The notes under the pieces are model-generated. The model did not search any database, was not told the origin of the DNA, and saw only the letters and a list, made by a program, of their open reading frames with translations. Shown here one piece after another: positions 15,970 through 24,751 of a DNA stretch of 38,591 bases. The stretch's first letter is position 1. The number at the start of each line of letters is the position of its first letter. The position numbers and the translations under genes were made by a program. Source of the stretch: Patescibacteria group bacterium (GTDB lineage Bacteria; Patescibacteriota; Minisyncoccia; GWA2-38-13b); assembly GCA_038065195.1 (NCBI GenBank), contig JBBTRL010000057.1:1-38591 (forward strand). The letters run 5' to 3'.

Positions 15970-17541
15970 ATGGACGAAAGAAATAAAAATAATAAGGAAA
16001 AATCATTTTGCAAAAAACCGATTGATGAATTTGACTATTCGTTGAAATTAGGCGATCCGGGGCAATACCCTTATACTCGCGGGATACATTTGGAAATGTA
16101 TAAAAAACAACTTTGGACAATGAGGCAATTTGCCGGTTTCGGTTCAGCCGATGATACTAATAAAAGATTTAAGTATTTATTGGAACACGGTGAAACCGGA
16201 CTTTCAACGGCTTTTGATATGCCGACGCTTTTGGGTCGCGATTCCGATGATCTTGTTTACGGAAAAGAAACCGGTCTATGCGGCGTTGCCATTGATACTT
16301 TGGCGGATATGGAAATTCTTTTTGATGGAATTGACTTGAATCCGCCGATTTCCACTTCAATGACGATTAACGCGCCGGCCATTGTTTTGTTCGCAATGTA
16401 TTTGGTTGTTGCCGAAAAAAAAGGAACGGATTGGAAGAATTTGCGCGGGACGATTCAAAATGACATTTTGAAAGAATATATCGCGCAAAAGGAATGGATT
16501 TTCCCGCCGGAGCCGTCTATGCGGATTATTGCGAATATTGTTGAATTTTGTTGTAAAAATGTTTCTCAATGGTATCCGATAAGTATCAGCGGTTATCATA
16601 TTCGGGAAGCCGGTTCAACGGCGGTTCAAGAGTTGGCTTTTACTTTGCGAGATGGCATTGAATATGTTGAATGGGCTATAAGGGCCGGTTTGAAGGTTGA
16701 TGATTTCGCGCCGCGTTTTTCATTCTTTTTTGATTCTTGCGAGAATTTTTTTAGGGAGATTGCTAAATTCAGGGCCGCTCGACGTATGTGGGCCCGAATT
16801 ATGAAGGAAAGATTTCACGCCAAAAATGAGAAATCGCTTCAGCTTCGTTTTCATACGCAGACAAGCGGTCTTAGTTTGCAGGCAACTGAATTGGAAAATA
16901 ATGATGTTCGCACGACATCACAGGCGTTATCCGCCATTTTGGGAGGCACTCAGTCGTTGCATACAAATTCACACGACGAAACATTGTGCTTGCCTACCGA
17001 GGAAGCCGTGAAGATCGCTTTGCGGATACAGCAAATTATTGCCTATGAAATGGATATAACAGGAGTAGTTGATCCGTTAGGCGGAGCATACTGGATTGAA
17101 AATTTAACCGATGAGTTGGAAAAAATAGCGATGCATTACATTGATATTATAGATGGGATGGGCGGTATGTTAAAAGCTATTGAACAGGGTTATCCTCAAA
17201 GAGAAATCAGGCGTTCCGCTCTTGAGCGTTGCAAAAAAATAGCAACTGGAGAAAAAATTATTATCGGCGTGAATAAATTTCCGGCAAAAGAAAAGCAGAT
17301 TATTCCGGTTTTAAAGATTGATCCGGAAATTAGAATGAAACAAGTTAAACGGCTCAATGAAGTCAAGCAAAAGCGCGATAATTTCAAAGTTAAGCAATGC
17401 CTTGAATATATAAGTTGCGTTGCGGTTTCAAAAGGAAATCTTATGTTTTCGATTATTGAAGCGGTAAAAAATTACGCGACGATAGGTGAGATTTGTCTTG
17501 CGCTTGAAAAAGTATTCGGAAGATACGAAGAGAAAATTTAA
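15970..17541 (+). CDS. icmA: B12-dependent acyl-CoA mutase, catalytic barrel subunit, isobutyryl-CoA-mutase type
   Basis: Motifs YPYTRG, WTMRQFAGFG, GLSTAFDMPT, GTIQNDILKEYIAQKEWIFPP, SISGYH and LHTNSHDE are present, with no B12 domain. The Phe in RQFAGF and the Gln in IAQKEW occupy the positions that are Tyr89 and Arg207 in methylmalonyl-CoA mutase. The start is set at ATG 15970. Confidence 0.75.
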   Translation: MDERNKNNKEKSFCKKPIDEFDYSLKLGDPGQYPYTRGIHLEMYKKQLWTMRQFAGFGSADDTNKRFKYLLEHGETGLSTAFDMPTLLGRDSDDLVYGKETGLCGVAIDTLADMEILFDGIDLNPPISTSMTINAPAIVLFAMYLVVAEKKGTDWKNLRGTIQNDILKEYIAQKEWIFPPEPSMRIIANIVEFCCKNVSQWYPISISGYHIREAGSTAVQELAFTLRDGIEYVEWAIRAGLKVDDFAPRFSFFFDSCENFFREIAKFRAARRMWARIMKERFHAKNEKSLQLRFHTQTSGLSLQATELENNDVRTTSQALSAILGGTQSLHTNSHDETLCLPTEEAVKIALRIQQIIAYEMDITGVVDPLGGAYWIENLTDELEKIAMHYIDIIDGMGGMLKAIEQGYPQREIRRSALERCKKIATGEKIIIGVNKFPAKEKQIIPVLKIDPEIRMKQVKRLNEVKQKRDNFKVKQCLEYISCVAVSKGNLMFSIIEAVKNYATIGEICLALEKVFGRYEEKI

Positions 17542-17553
17542 GGGAGATAAGCG

Positions 17554-18708
17554 ATGGAAAGGAAAAAAAGAATTATTCTTGCCAAGGCGGGTCTTGACGG
17601 TCATGACCAAGGGATAAATGTTATAAAGGATTTTTTAATTGAAAATGGTTATGAAGTTTTTTATTTTGGTCTTTACCAACAGATGCGCGATATTGCCGAA
17701 ATAGCGATTCAGGAAGGCGTTGATTTTATCGGATTAAGCGTTCATAGCGCCGCTCATTTGGAATATGTAAAAGAAATTTTTGGTTACTTGAAAAACAATA
17801 ATGCTCTTGATATAGGATTGGTTGTCGGAGGGATTGTTCCCGAACAAGATGTATTTATTCTTGAGAAGGAATTCGGCGTGCGGCGTGTTTTTGTTTCCGG
17901 AACGCCGGAAGCGAATCTGAACAGTATCGGAGATTTTTTTAGAAAAAATTCCGGAAGAAATATTGATCCAAAGTTAATGTTAGAAAATAAAAGCAAAAAT
18001 AATCTTGGTCTTTTTATTTCCGAACTTGTTAATAATTCCGAGGAAGCGTCCGGTTTTGTCAAAAATTTGTTGCGTGAAGATGTTTTAACGATTGGCATTA
18101 CGGGCCATCAGGGTGTCGGCAAAAGTACTCTGATAGGTCATCTTATTACCCAATTTAGAAATTTAAATAAAAGAGTTGGCGTTATCGCGGTCGATCCCAG
18201 CGATTGTATTTCCGGCGGAGCGTTGCTTGGAAGAGACAGGACACAAATGTGGCGCCATCTTTTTGACGAAAATGTTCATATTTATAGTATGGCGACCAGG
18301 GGCGGATATGGCGGGATTGCCGATACGACCGGGTTAGCGGTGAATGCGATGAAAATAGCCGGTTATGATATTGTTATTGTGGAAACAATCGGCATTGGAC
18401 AAGATCAGGCGGAGGTGCGGACGATTGCGGATATGACTGGTTTAATTTTGACTCCGGATATTGGCGAAGATCAGGTTTATAAATCGGGTATTATGCAGAT
18501 TGTCGATTTTTATGTGATAAATAAAACAGATATTATGCCGGCTTTGCCGTTGGAAAAGTTTTTGAATGAAATGATAGACAATAGGGTAAGTTTCAGCGGT
18601 AAATCAAAATCGCGGCCATTTATCATCAATACGAGCATGGTTAATAAAAATTGTTCTGGTATTCAGAAATTGGCGGAAAAAATATTGGAATATGGGGAGA
18701 ATTTATGA
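17554..18708 (+). CDS. Fusion protein: B12-binding domain (IcmB/MutB-C-like) plus MeaB/ArgK-like G3E GTPase
   Basis: The N-terminal half has ILAKAGLDGHDQG (DxHxxG) and GGIVP. The C-terminal half has GHQGVGKST, AVDPSD..GGALLGRDR, VETIGIGQ and INKTD. Confidence 0.8.
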   Translation: MERKKRIILAKAGLDGHDQGINVIKDFLIENGYEVFYFGLYQQMRDIAEIAIQEGVDFIGLSVHSAAHLEYVKEIFGYLKNNNALDIGLVVGGIVPEQDVFILEKEFGVRRVFVSGTPEANLNSIGDFFRKNSGRNIDPKLMLENKSKNNLGLFISELVNNSEEASGFVKNLLREDVLTIGITGHQGVGKSTLIGHLITQFRNLNKRVGVIAVDPSDCISGGALLGRDRTQMWRHLFDENVHIYSMATRGGYGGIADTTGLAVNAMKIAGYDIVIVETIGIGQDQAEVRTIADMTGLILTPDIGEDQVYKSGIMQIVDFYVINKTDIMPALPLEKFLNEMIDNRVSFSGKSKSRPFIINTSMVNKNCSGIQKLAEKILEYGENL

Positions 18709-19457
18709 ATATTATTGTTTGCGTAAAACAGGCGCCGGACATTGAGAAGTCAGTAAAAATTGCTGAAAAAATTATAGATGAGGGTTCTGATTTCGTGCTC
18801 AATCCTTTGGATGAGCACGCGGTTAAGGAAGCGGTTAACATTAAAGAAAAAATGGGCGGAAAAATTACGGCGTTGACTTTGGGGCCGGAACGCGCAAAAC
18901 AAGCATTGTTGAGGTGTCTTGCGCGCGGAGCGGACGAGGCGATTCATATTAAAACCGATACGACTTATAATTTTGATTCAACCGTTGTATCCGTTGTTTT
19001 GGCGGAAAAAATAAAAACATTGCCCTTTGACATAATTCTTTTTGGAAGCAAATCTGTTGATACAAATAGTGGCAGTTGCGGCGTTCAGATTGCGAAAATT
19101 TTAGACATTCCATGCGTTCCGGAAATTATCAAACTGGAGATTGGTCAAGAAAAGGCTGTTGTTATACGACAGATGGATGGCGGAGAAGAAACGGTTGAAT
19201 GTTTACTTCCGGCGGTTTTCACTTGCCAGAAAGGCATCAATGAATTAGGACTTCTGCGCCTTCCTGAAATACTGCAAGCTAAGAAAAAACCATTAATAAT
19301 TGAAAATCTTTCGCAAAATATTAGTTCAACTTCTGAGATTATAAGTTTGGAGTTTTTGCCGGAAAGAAAAAGCGGATTAATAATAAAAGGAAGTCCCGAA
19401 GAGCAGGTTAATGAGCTAGTTATTATTCTTAAAAAACAGGGAATTCCGGGAGGATAG
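18705..19457 (+). CDS. etfB: Electron transfer flavoprotein, beta subunit
   Basis: MNIIVCVKQAPD start and 250 aa length. ATG 18705 overlaps the upstream stop as ATGA. The ORF-track start at 18651 is rejected. Confidence 0.85.
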   Translation: MNIIVCVKQAPDIEKSVKIAEKIIDEGSDFVLNPLDEHAVKEAVNIKEKMGGKITALTLGPERAKQALLRCLARGADEAIHIKTDTTYNFDSTVVSVVLAEKIKTLPFDIILFGSKSVDTNSGSCGVQIAKILDIPCVPEIIKLEIGQEKAVVIRQMDGGEETVECLLPAVFTCQKGINELGLLRLPEILQAKKKPLIIENLSQNISSTSEIISLEFLPERKSGLIIKGSPEEQVNELVIILKKQGIPGG

Positions 19458-19459
19458 AA

Positions 19460-20449
19460 ATGGAAAAAATTTTAGTTTTTACTGAAATTAAATCCGGCGT
19501 CATAACCAAATTAAGCATTGAGGTTTTGGGTAAAGCGCGTGAACTTGCCGATAAGTATGGTAAAAAAGTAGTAGGGTTGGTTTTGGGAAATGATTTTAAT
19601 AATTTTTCAACTCCGATTGATTCTTTGGCGCGGTTCGGAGTTGATGAATTTTTACTTGCTGAGAGTGATAAGTTTGCGGATTATAATAGTGAGATATACG
19701 GGAAAATTATTTGCGGAGAAATTGAAAAATTAAAACCGCAAATTATTTTTTTCGGTTCTTCCAAAATTGGTCGGGAGCTTGCTTCGCAAATTTCCGCAAA
19801 ATTTTTAAGTTGTTGTTTTCAGGATTGCGTTGATGTTGACATTGAAAACGATTTTTTGAAAGCAAAGCGATTAGTTTTGGCGGGAAAAGTTTTTGCGATA
19901 TTGAAGAGCAAGTGTTCGCAATTTCAAGTTGCGACATTGCAGCAGGGAATTTTTCAGTCGAAAATCGTGGAAAAAGATGCGGAAATGACGCGAATAGACA
20001 TCCCCGCGGATTTAACCAGTCGGATTGTCAGAAAGGAATTTATCAATAGATCTTCCGGTCAAGTTTCTTTATTGGAAGCAAAAATTATTGTGTCCGGCGG
20101 TCGGGGAGTTAAAAGCGCGGAAAATTTTAAAATCCTTGAAGCGTTAGCCGATGTTTTAAATGGAGCCGTAGGCGCTTCTCGCGGCGCGGTTGATCTTAAA
20201 TTGCGCGTTTCTGACGATCAAGTTGGTTTAACCGGAAAAACCGTATCGCCGCAACTTTATATCGCTTGCGGCATTTCCGGCGCGTCTCAACATTTGGCGG
20301 GAATAACACGGGCGAAATTCATTGTCGCGATAAACAGCGACAATGAAGCGTCAATATTCAAAATAGCTGACGTAGGAATTGTTGGTGATTTGTTTGAAAT
20401 CATTCCGCTTCTGACAAAAGCGTTAAAGAATTTGAAAGGGGAAAAATAA
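19460..20449 (+). CDS. etfA: Electron transfer flavoprotein, alpha subunit
   Basis: The C-terminal FAD-binding block is SGGRG..VGASRGAVD..GLTGKTVSPQLYIACGISGASQHLAG. Confidence 0.85.
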   Translation: MEKILVFTEIKSGVITKLSIEVLGKARELADKYGKKVVGLVLGNDFNNFSTPIDSLARFGVDEFLLAESDKFADYNSEIYGKIICGEIEKLKPQIIFFGSSKIGRELASQISAKFLSCCFQDCVDVDIENDFLKAKRLVLAGKVFAILKSKCSQFQVATLQQGIFQSKIVEKDAEMTRIDIPADLTSRIVRKEFINRSSGQVSLLEAKIIVSGGRGVKSAENFKILEALADVLNGAVGASRGAVDLKLRVSDDQVGLTGKTVSPQLYIACGISGASQHLAGITRAKFIVAINSDNEASIFKIADVGIVGDLFEIIPLLTKALKNLKGEK

Positions 20450-20451
20450 AA

Positions 20452-21705
20452 ATGTTTAGACGAAAAGAAAGAAAGGTATTTATCGTGTCCGCTTGCCGGA
20501 CACCAATTGGAAATTTCGGCGGGATGTTAAAAGATTATTCCGCAATTGATTTGGGCGCCGCGGCGCTTCGCGGCGTTATTCAAAAATCCAAAATAGATTT
20601 GGAAAGTTGTTATTTTACATTTAGTAATGTTTTTATGGGAAATGTTTTGTCGGCCGGCTTGGGACAAAATCCGGCGCGGCAAGCGGCGCATAAAGCGGGT
20701 TTTGCGTGGGAATCGCCGTGCGTGACGATAAATAAAGTTTGCGGTTCCGGAATGCAAGCGGTAATCTGCGCTTACGATGCCATAAAATCCGGTAGGATTG
20801 ATTTGGCGTTTGTCGGCGGTATGGAAAGTATGAGTAACGCGCCGTATCTTTCGGCAAGACATTGGACCAAGAATAAAAAAGATGTATTCATTAAATCAAC
20901 GGGGGATTTTTTAGAAAGCGATTTTGATGATAAATTCATAAAAGGCGAAGCATATTATGATGATGCGAATATTACATTCGTTGATTCTATGATTCGCGAC
21001 GGCTTAGTAGATGCTTACAGCGGTAAAAATATGATTAAAATTACCGATGAATGCGCCCAAAGATTTGGAATAACACGGTATGATCAAGATGGATATGCAA
21101 GATTAAGTAATGGACGGGCAATTTACGCAACAAAAAATAATTTATTTAAAGATGAAATTGTCGCGATTGATGGTTTTTCAGAAGATGAGGGTATAAAACA
21201 ATTTAAGCCGGAAAAAATACCCGAACTAAAACCTATTTTTGAGGGAGGCAGTGTAACTGCCGCCAACGCTTCTAAATTAAGCGATGGCGCCGCGGCTTTA
21301 ATGATCGCGTCGAAAGAAATGGTTGAAGAGTTTGAAATAACGCCAATAGCGGAAATAATTGATATAATTGAATATGGCGGATTGCCGGAAGATTTTCCAA
21401 TCGCGCCGTCCAGAGCCATAAGTCAATTGCTTGAACAGAATAAGTTGATATCGAAAAATATTGAACTTTTTGAAATTAACGAGGCCTTTGCGATGGTGCC
21501 GTTGATCTTCCAAAGAATTTTCAATGTTTCAACGGTAAACATTAATGTTCGTGGCGGAGCCCTGGCATTAGGGCACCCGATTGGCGCGTCCGGCGCGAGA
21601 ATCGTCGTGACTCTGGTCCACGCGTTGAGTCATGAAAAATTAGGCATCGCTTCCGTATGCATCGGCGGCGGAGAAGTGCTGGCGCTTCTTCTGAAGGAAA
21701 TTTAA
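20452..21705 (+). CDS. Acetyl-CoA C-acetyltransferase (thiolase II)
   Basis: NKVCGSGMQA (active-site Cys), NEAFA, GGALALGHPIGASGAR and CIGGG are present. Extra residues sit in the loop domain. Confidence 0.85.
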   Translation: MFRRKERKVFIVSACRTPIGNFGGMLKDYSAIDLGAAALRGVIQKSKIDLESCYFTFSNVFMGNVLSAGLGQNPARQAAHKAGFAWESPCVTINKVCGSGMQAVICAYDAIKSGRIDLAFVGGMESMSNAPYLSARHWTKNKKDVFIKSTGDFLESDFDDKFIKGEAYYDDANITFVDSMIRDGLVDAYSGKNMIKITDECAQRFGITRYDQDGYARLSNGRAIYATKNNLFKDEIVAIDGFSEDEGIKQFKPEKIPELKPIFEGGSVTAANASKLSDGAAALMIASKEMVEEFEITPIAEIIDIIEYGGLPEDFPIAPSRAISQLLEQNKLISKNIELFEINEAFAMVPLIFQRIFNVSTVNINVRGGALALGHPIGASGARIVVTLVHALSHEKLGIASVCIGGGEVLALLLKEI

Positions 21706-21711
21706 AATAAA

Positions 21712-21745
21712 AAATCCCTGTATCGGAATTTCGATTCAGGGATTT
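21712..21745. terminator. Bidirectional terminator between the thiolase and the Fe-S oxidoreductase
   Basis: atccctg...cagggat outer stem with an atcg/cgat inner stem, flanked by an A-run and a T-run. Confidence 0.7.
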
Positions 21746-21756
21746 TATTTTTGTAT

Positions 21757-23619
21757 TTATAAATTTAAAATTTCTGTAATATCCATGATTTTTGTATTTT
21801 CCAGATTTTTCTTTTTCAATGAATCAGATAGCATTGTATGGCAGAACGGACAGGCAGTCGCGATAATATCCGGATCGGATTCAAGCAGTTGTTCCAACCG
21901 TAAATCGCTGATTTTTCGTCCTTCATTTTCTTCCATAAACGCTCTGCCTCCGCCTCCGCCGCAACAAAAAGAATCTTCGCGGGATTGCTTTATTTCTTTA
22001 ATGTTCGTGTAAATTTTTCTGTCTATAAGCGATCGCGGCTCTTCATAAATATTATTGTATCGTCCAAGATAACACGGATCGTGATACACAATATTTTTTA
22101 ATGAAAAGTCTTTTGTTTTTCCGATGTTTAATTTTTTTCGTTGCATCAAATTTGCCAGAAATTCCGTATGATGCCAAACCTTGAAATCTCCGCCGAATTC
22201 CGTATATTCATTTTTGAGAGAGTTATAGCAATGCGGGCAAAACGAGATAATTTCTTTTACGCCGTATTGTTTGAATGTCGCGATATTTTTCTTGGCGATT
22301 GTTTGGAATAGATGTTCAAGTCCGAGTTTTCGTATCCATTCTCCGCAACAAATTTCTTCTTTGCCTAAAATTCCGAATTTTACGCCGGAATTATATAGTA
22401 TTCTGGAAAGATTTTGGGGAATTTTTTGTAAACGGCCGTCCGAAGCGCCGCCACAACCGACCCACAAAAGAATATCAAATTTTTGGTTCTCGTATATTTT
22501 CGGCAACGGGAAAGAAAAAGTTTTCGTCCAGTTTTCTTTTTGTTCTTTTTGCGTTCCATAAGGATTGCCGAATTTTATTTGGTCTTCGGCGGAAATGACA
22601 TTTTCCAGCGCCGATTGCGTTTCCGGCGGCAAATCGCCGGAAATCATTGATTGAAATCTTCGCAATTCAATAATTTTTGGCAAATGTTCAATGAATATCG
22701 GGCAGTTTTGCTGGCAGGAGCCGCAAGTGGTGCAGGCCCACAGGTCTGTCGACGAAACAATGTTTTGGTTTTCTTTTTTTCGCGCTAATTGTTTGTGCAG
22801 ATTTTGAATTATTGTTTTTGGCGATAATGATTTATCGGAAGCGTTCGCGGGGCAGTTAGCGTCACAGCGTCCGCATCGCATACAGGCAAATGTGTCCAAT
22901 GTTTGTTTCCAACTAAATCGCGTAAGACAAAAATCTTTTTGATTTTCAGCCGTTAAATTTTCTTCATCTTCAATATTAAAGTATGGCAGGCAACCGAAAG
23001 ATTTAAGCGATCGGAAAAAAATATTCGGCAAAGATAGAAATATATGCAGATATTTGGAGAACGGCATATAATTTAAAAATATTAACAGAATCAGCAAATG
23101 TCCGTATTCCGCGTAAATTTTATTTTGGCTTGTTATGAAAGTATTCGCGTACAAGTCGCTGGCTTTAAGCCCGATAATAAAGAAGAGGCAAATTAAACCG
23201 TCCCAATCAAGCGTTAATTCCTTCGGTTTCGTAATAATACGCCGATAAATAAAGTAAAATACCGATAACAGGACAATAATGCTTGTGACCTGGCATAGTT
23301 TAAGATAATCATTCCCCGCTTTTCCTAAAAAATGCATCAACGAATAGTTAAATAAAATTTCACTCGCGAAATTTACATTAACAAGAAACAACAAAAGAAA
23401 TCCCCAAAAAAGCGCCGCGTGCATAATGCCAGCCAGTCGATTGCGAAATACTCGTTTTTGTCCGAAGCCAAATATTAAAAGCCCCTTAAATCGCGTAAAT
23501 AGTTTGTCAAACCTGTTTTCCGGTTTAGCTTTCCATATGATGGAAATTTTTTTTGCGGCATTATAGAAGAAAACCGCCAAGCCGATCGCGAAAACAATCA
23601 ACGCAAAATTAATGTTCAT
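21757..23619 (-). CDS. Membrane-bound Fe-S oxidoreductase (N-terminal multi-TM domain, 2x[4Fe-4S], two CCG/HdrD-like domains); candidate ETF:quinone oxidoreductase
   Basis: The N-terminal 200 aa are hydrophobic. CMRCGRCDANCP and CTTCGSCQQNCP ferredoxin motifs are present, as are the CCG-domain cysteines (ICCGEW, CPHC, DPCY, FCCGGGGG, CPFC). Confidence 0.8.
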   Translation of the reverse strand: MNINFALIVFAIGLAVFFYNAAKKISIIWKAKPENRFDKLFTRFKGLLIFGFGQKRVFRNRLAGIMHAALFWGFLLLFLVNVNFASEILFNYSLMHFLGKAGNDYLKLCQVTSIIVLLSVFYFIYRRIITKPKELTLDWDGLICLFFIIGLKASDLYANTFITSQNKIYAEYGHLLILLIFLNYMPFSKYLHIFLSLPNIFFRSLKSFGCLPYFNIEDEENLTAENQKDFCLTRFSWKQTLDTFACMRCGRCDANCPANASDKSLSPKTIIQNLHKQLARKKENQNIVSSTDLWACTTCGSCQQNCPIFIEHLPKIIELRRFQSMISGDLPPETQSALENVISAEDQIKFGNPYGTQKEQKENWTKTFSFPLPKIYENQKFDILLWVGCGGASDGRLQKIPQNLSRILYNSGVKFGILGKEEICCGEWIRKLGLEHLFQTIAKKNIATFKQYGVKEIISFCPHCYNSLKNEYTEFGGDFKVWHHTEFLANLMQRKKLNIGKTKDFSLKNIVYHDPCYLGRYNNIYEEPRSLIDRKIYTNIKEIKQSREDSFCCGGGGGRAFMEENEGRKISDLRLEQLLESDPDIIATACPFCHTMLSDSLKKKNLENTKIMDITEILNL

Positions 23620-23640
23620 TTTTTTCCTCCGTAAAATTTA

Positions 23641-23672
23641 TTTTTCAAATAACTTAACAGTATCTTATAGCA
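23641..23672 (-). promoter_or_regulatory. Promoter and leader of the Fe-S oxidoreductase gene: TGCTATAAGAT plus AAGTTATTTGAAAAA
   Basis: The minus strand reads TGCTATAAGAT(23672-23662)-N6-AAGTTATTTGAAAAA(23655-23641)-N10-GGAGG. Confidence 0.45.
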
Positions 23673-23706
23673 CTTTTATAATAATTTTACAATAATTTGT
23701 AGAAAA

Positions 23707-24720
23707 TCAATTGAGTTTCAGCGGTTTGAGTTTTAACTGATTTTTTAAGTAAGCGAAAAAATCTTTTTCCGAATTGAAAAGTTTTCCGCAAAAATAAGTA
23801 ATAAACGGGCTTCCTTCTTTTTCGGGATAAATCAGCCACACATCTTTACTGGTTTCGTACGCTTCGCGCAATTCATTGATGACGCCCGGCGAATTAGCAA
23901 CGCAGGGAAAATAAGCGATTGTTTTGTTGCTTTGTTTTATTAGCCAATAAAGATCACGGCAAACGGTTTGGTGATAAACGGTCATATCTTTTCCTTGGTC
24001 GGTCGGCGCCGGTCCGACTTCAATGGTTCTTGGGTCAAAAACCGTATAATACAAATTAAGTTTTTTTATAAATTTTTTGATTTTATCAAAGTCTTTTTTA
24101 TCCTTAAGGTGAGTCATCGGCATACTTACATAAATCGGTTCAATTTGCGGGCAAAAAATCAATTTATACAAAGTTGAAACTGACTGTTTGACCGGTAAAA
24201 CATAAAATGGCTTTTCCGCGAAATCGGCCCAGGAAGCGGTTACCTCGGCTTCCACATTTTGCCAAAGAAGAATTTCCGTATTGGAAAGTTTTTCCGATTT
24301 CCATTGCACTCTTGAATTTAATTCGTTTTCTATGTCTTCGGATCGGTTGATGAAGGTAAGAAACATATCCGGTTTTATTTTTCCCAAAGAGAGTTTATCA
24401 AAAGCGCGGCTGAATATTTTTTTCCAGTAAAAGAAACTGTGGAAACTTATTATCACGAGATCATTTTCTTTTTGGTCTTTTTCCGAATTCGCGAAAATAT
24501 TTTCGAAAGCAGCCGACCTTAAAGCGTGTAAAACATTGGGATTGGAATTAAGCACATTTTCTTTGGTAATTTTAATGCCGGCTTTTTCCGCCTGCGTGAA
24601 AATCATTTCGCCGACATAATAAATTTTAACTTTTTTGCGGTGTTTCGCCGCGAATTTTTCAAATTCTTTTAAGTATTCTTTCCGGCCGGAACCGGAAATG
24701 CTTGTTGCGAGTATAAGCAT
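23707..24720 (-). CDS. Two-domain protein: archaeal-adenylate-kinase-like N-terminal half (degenerate P-loop) plus nucleoside 2-deoxyribosyltransferase-like C-terminal half
   Basis: The N-terminus LILATSISGSGRKEY and its downstream layout resemble AdkA-type kinases. The C-terminus IYVSMPMT...ANSPGVINELREAYETSKDVWLIY resembles the NDT-fold signature (DsGT.xExGxA). This is an assignment by eye only. Confidence 0.35.
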   Translation of the reverse strand: MLILATSISGSGRKEYLKEFEKFAAKHRKKVKIYYVGEMIFTQAEKAGIKITKENVLNSNPNVLHALRSAAFENIFANSEKDQKENDLVIISFHSFFYWKKIFSRAFDKLSLGKIKPDMFLTFINRSEDIENELNSRVQWKSEKLSNTEILLWQNVEAEVTASWADFAEKPFYVLPVKQSVSTLYKLIFCPQIEPIYVSMPMTHLKDKKDFDKIKKFIKKLNLYYTVFDPRTIEVGPAPTDQGKDMTVYHQTVCRDLYWLIKQSNKTIAYFPCVANSPGVINELREAYETSKDVWLIYPEKEGSPFITYFCGKLFNSEKDFFAYLKNQLKLKPLKLN

Positions 24721-24751
24721 ACATTTAAATTATTAGTAATTTAGTCGCGAA

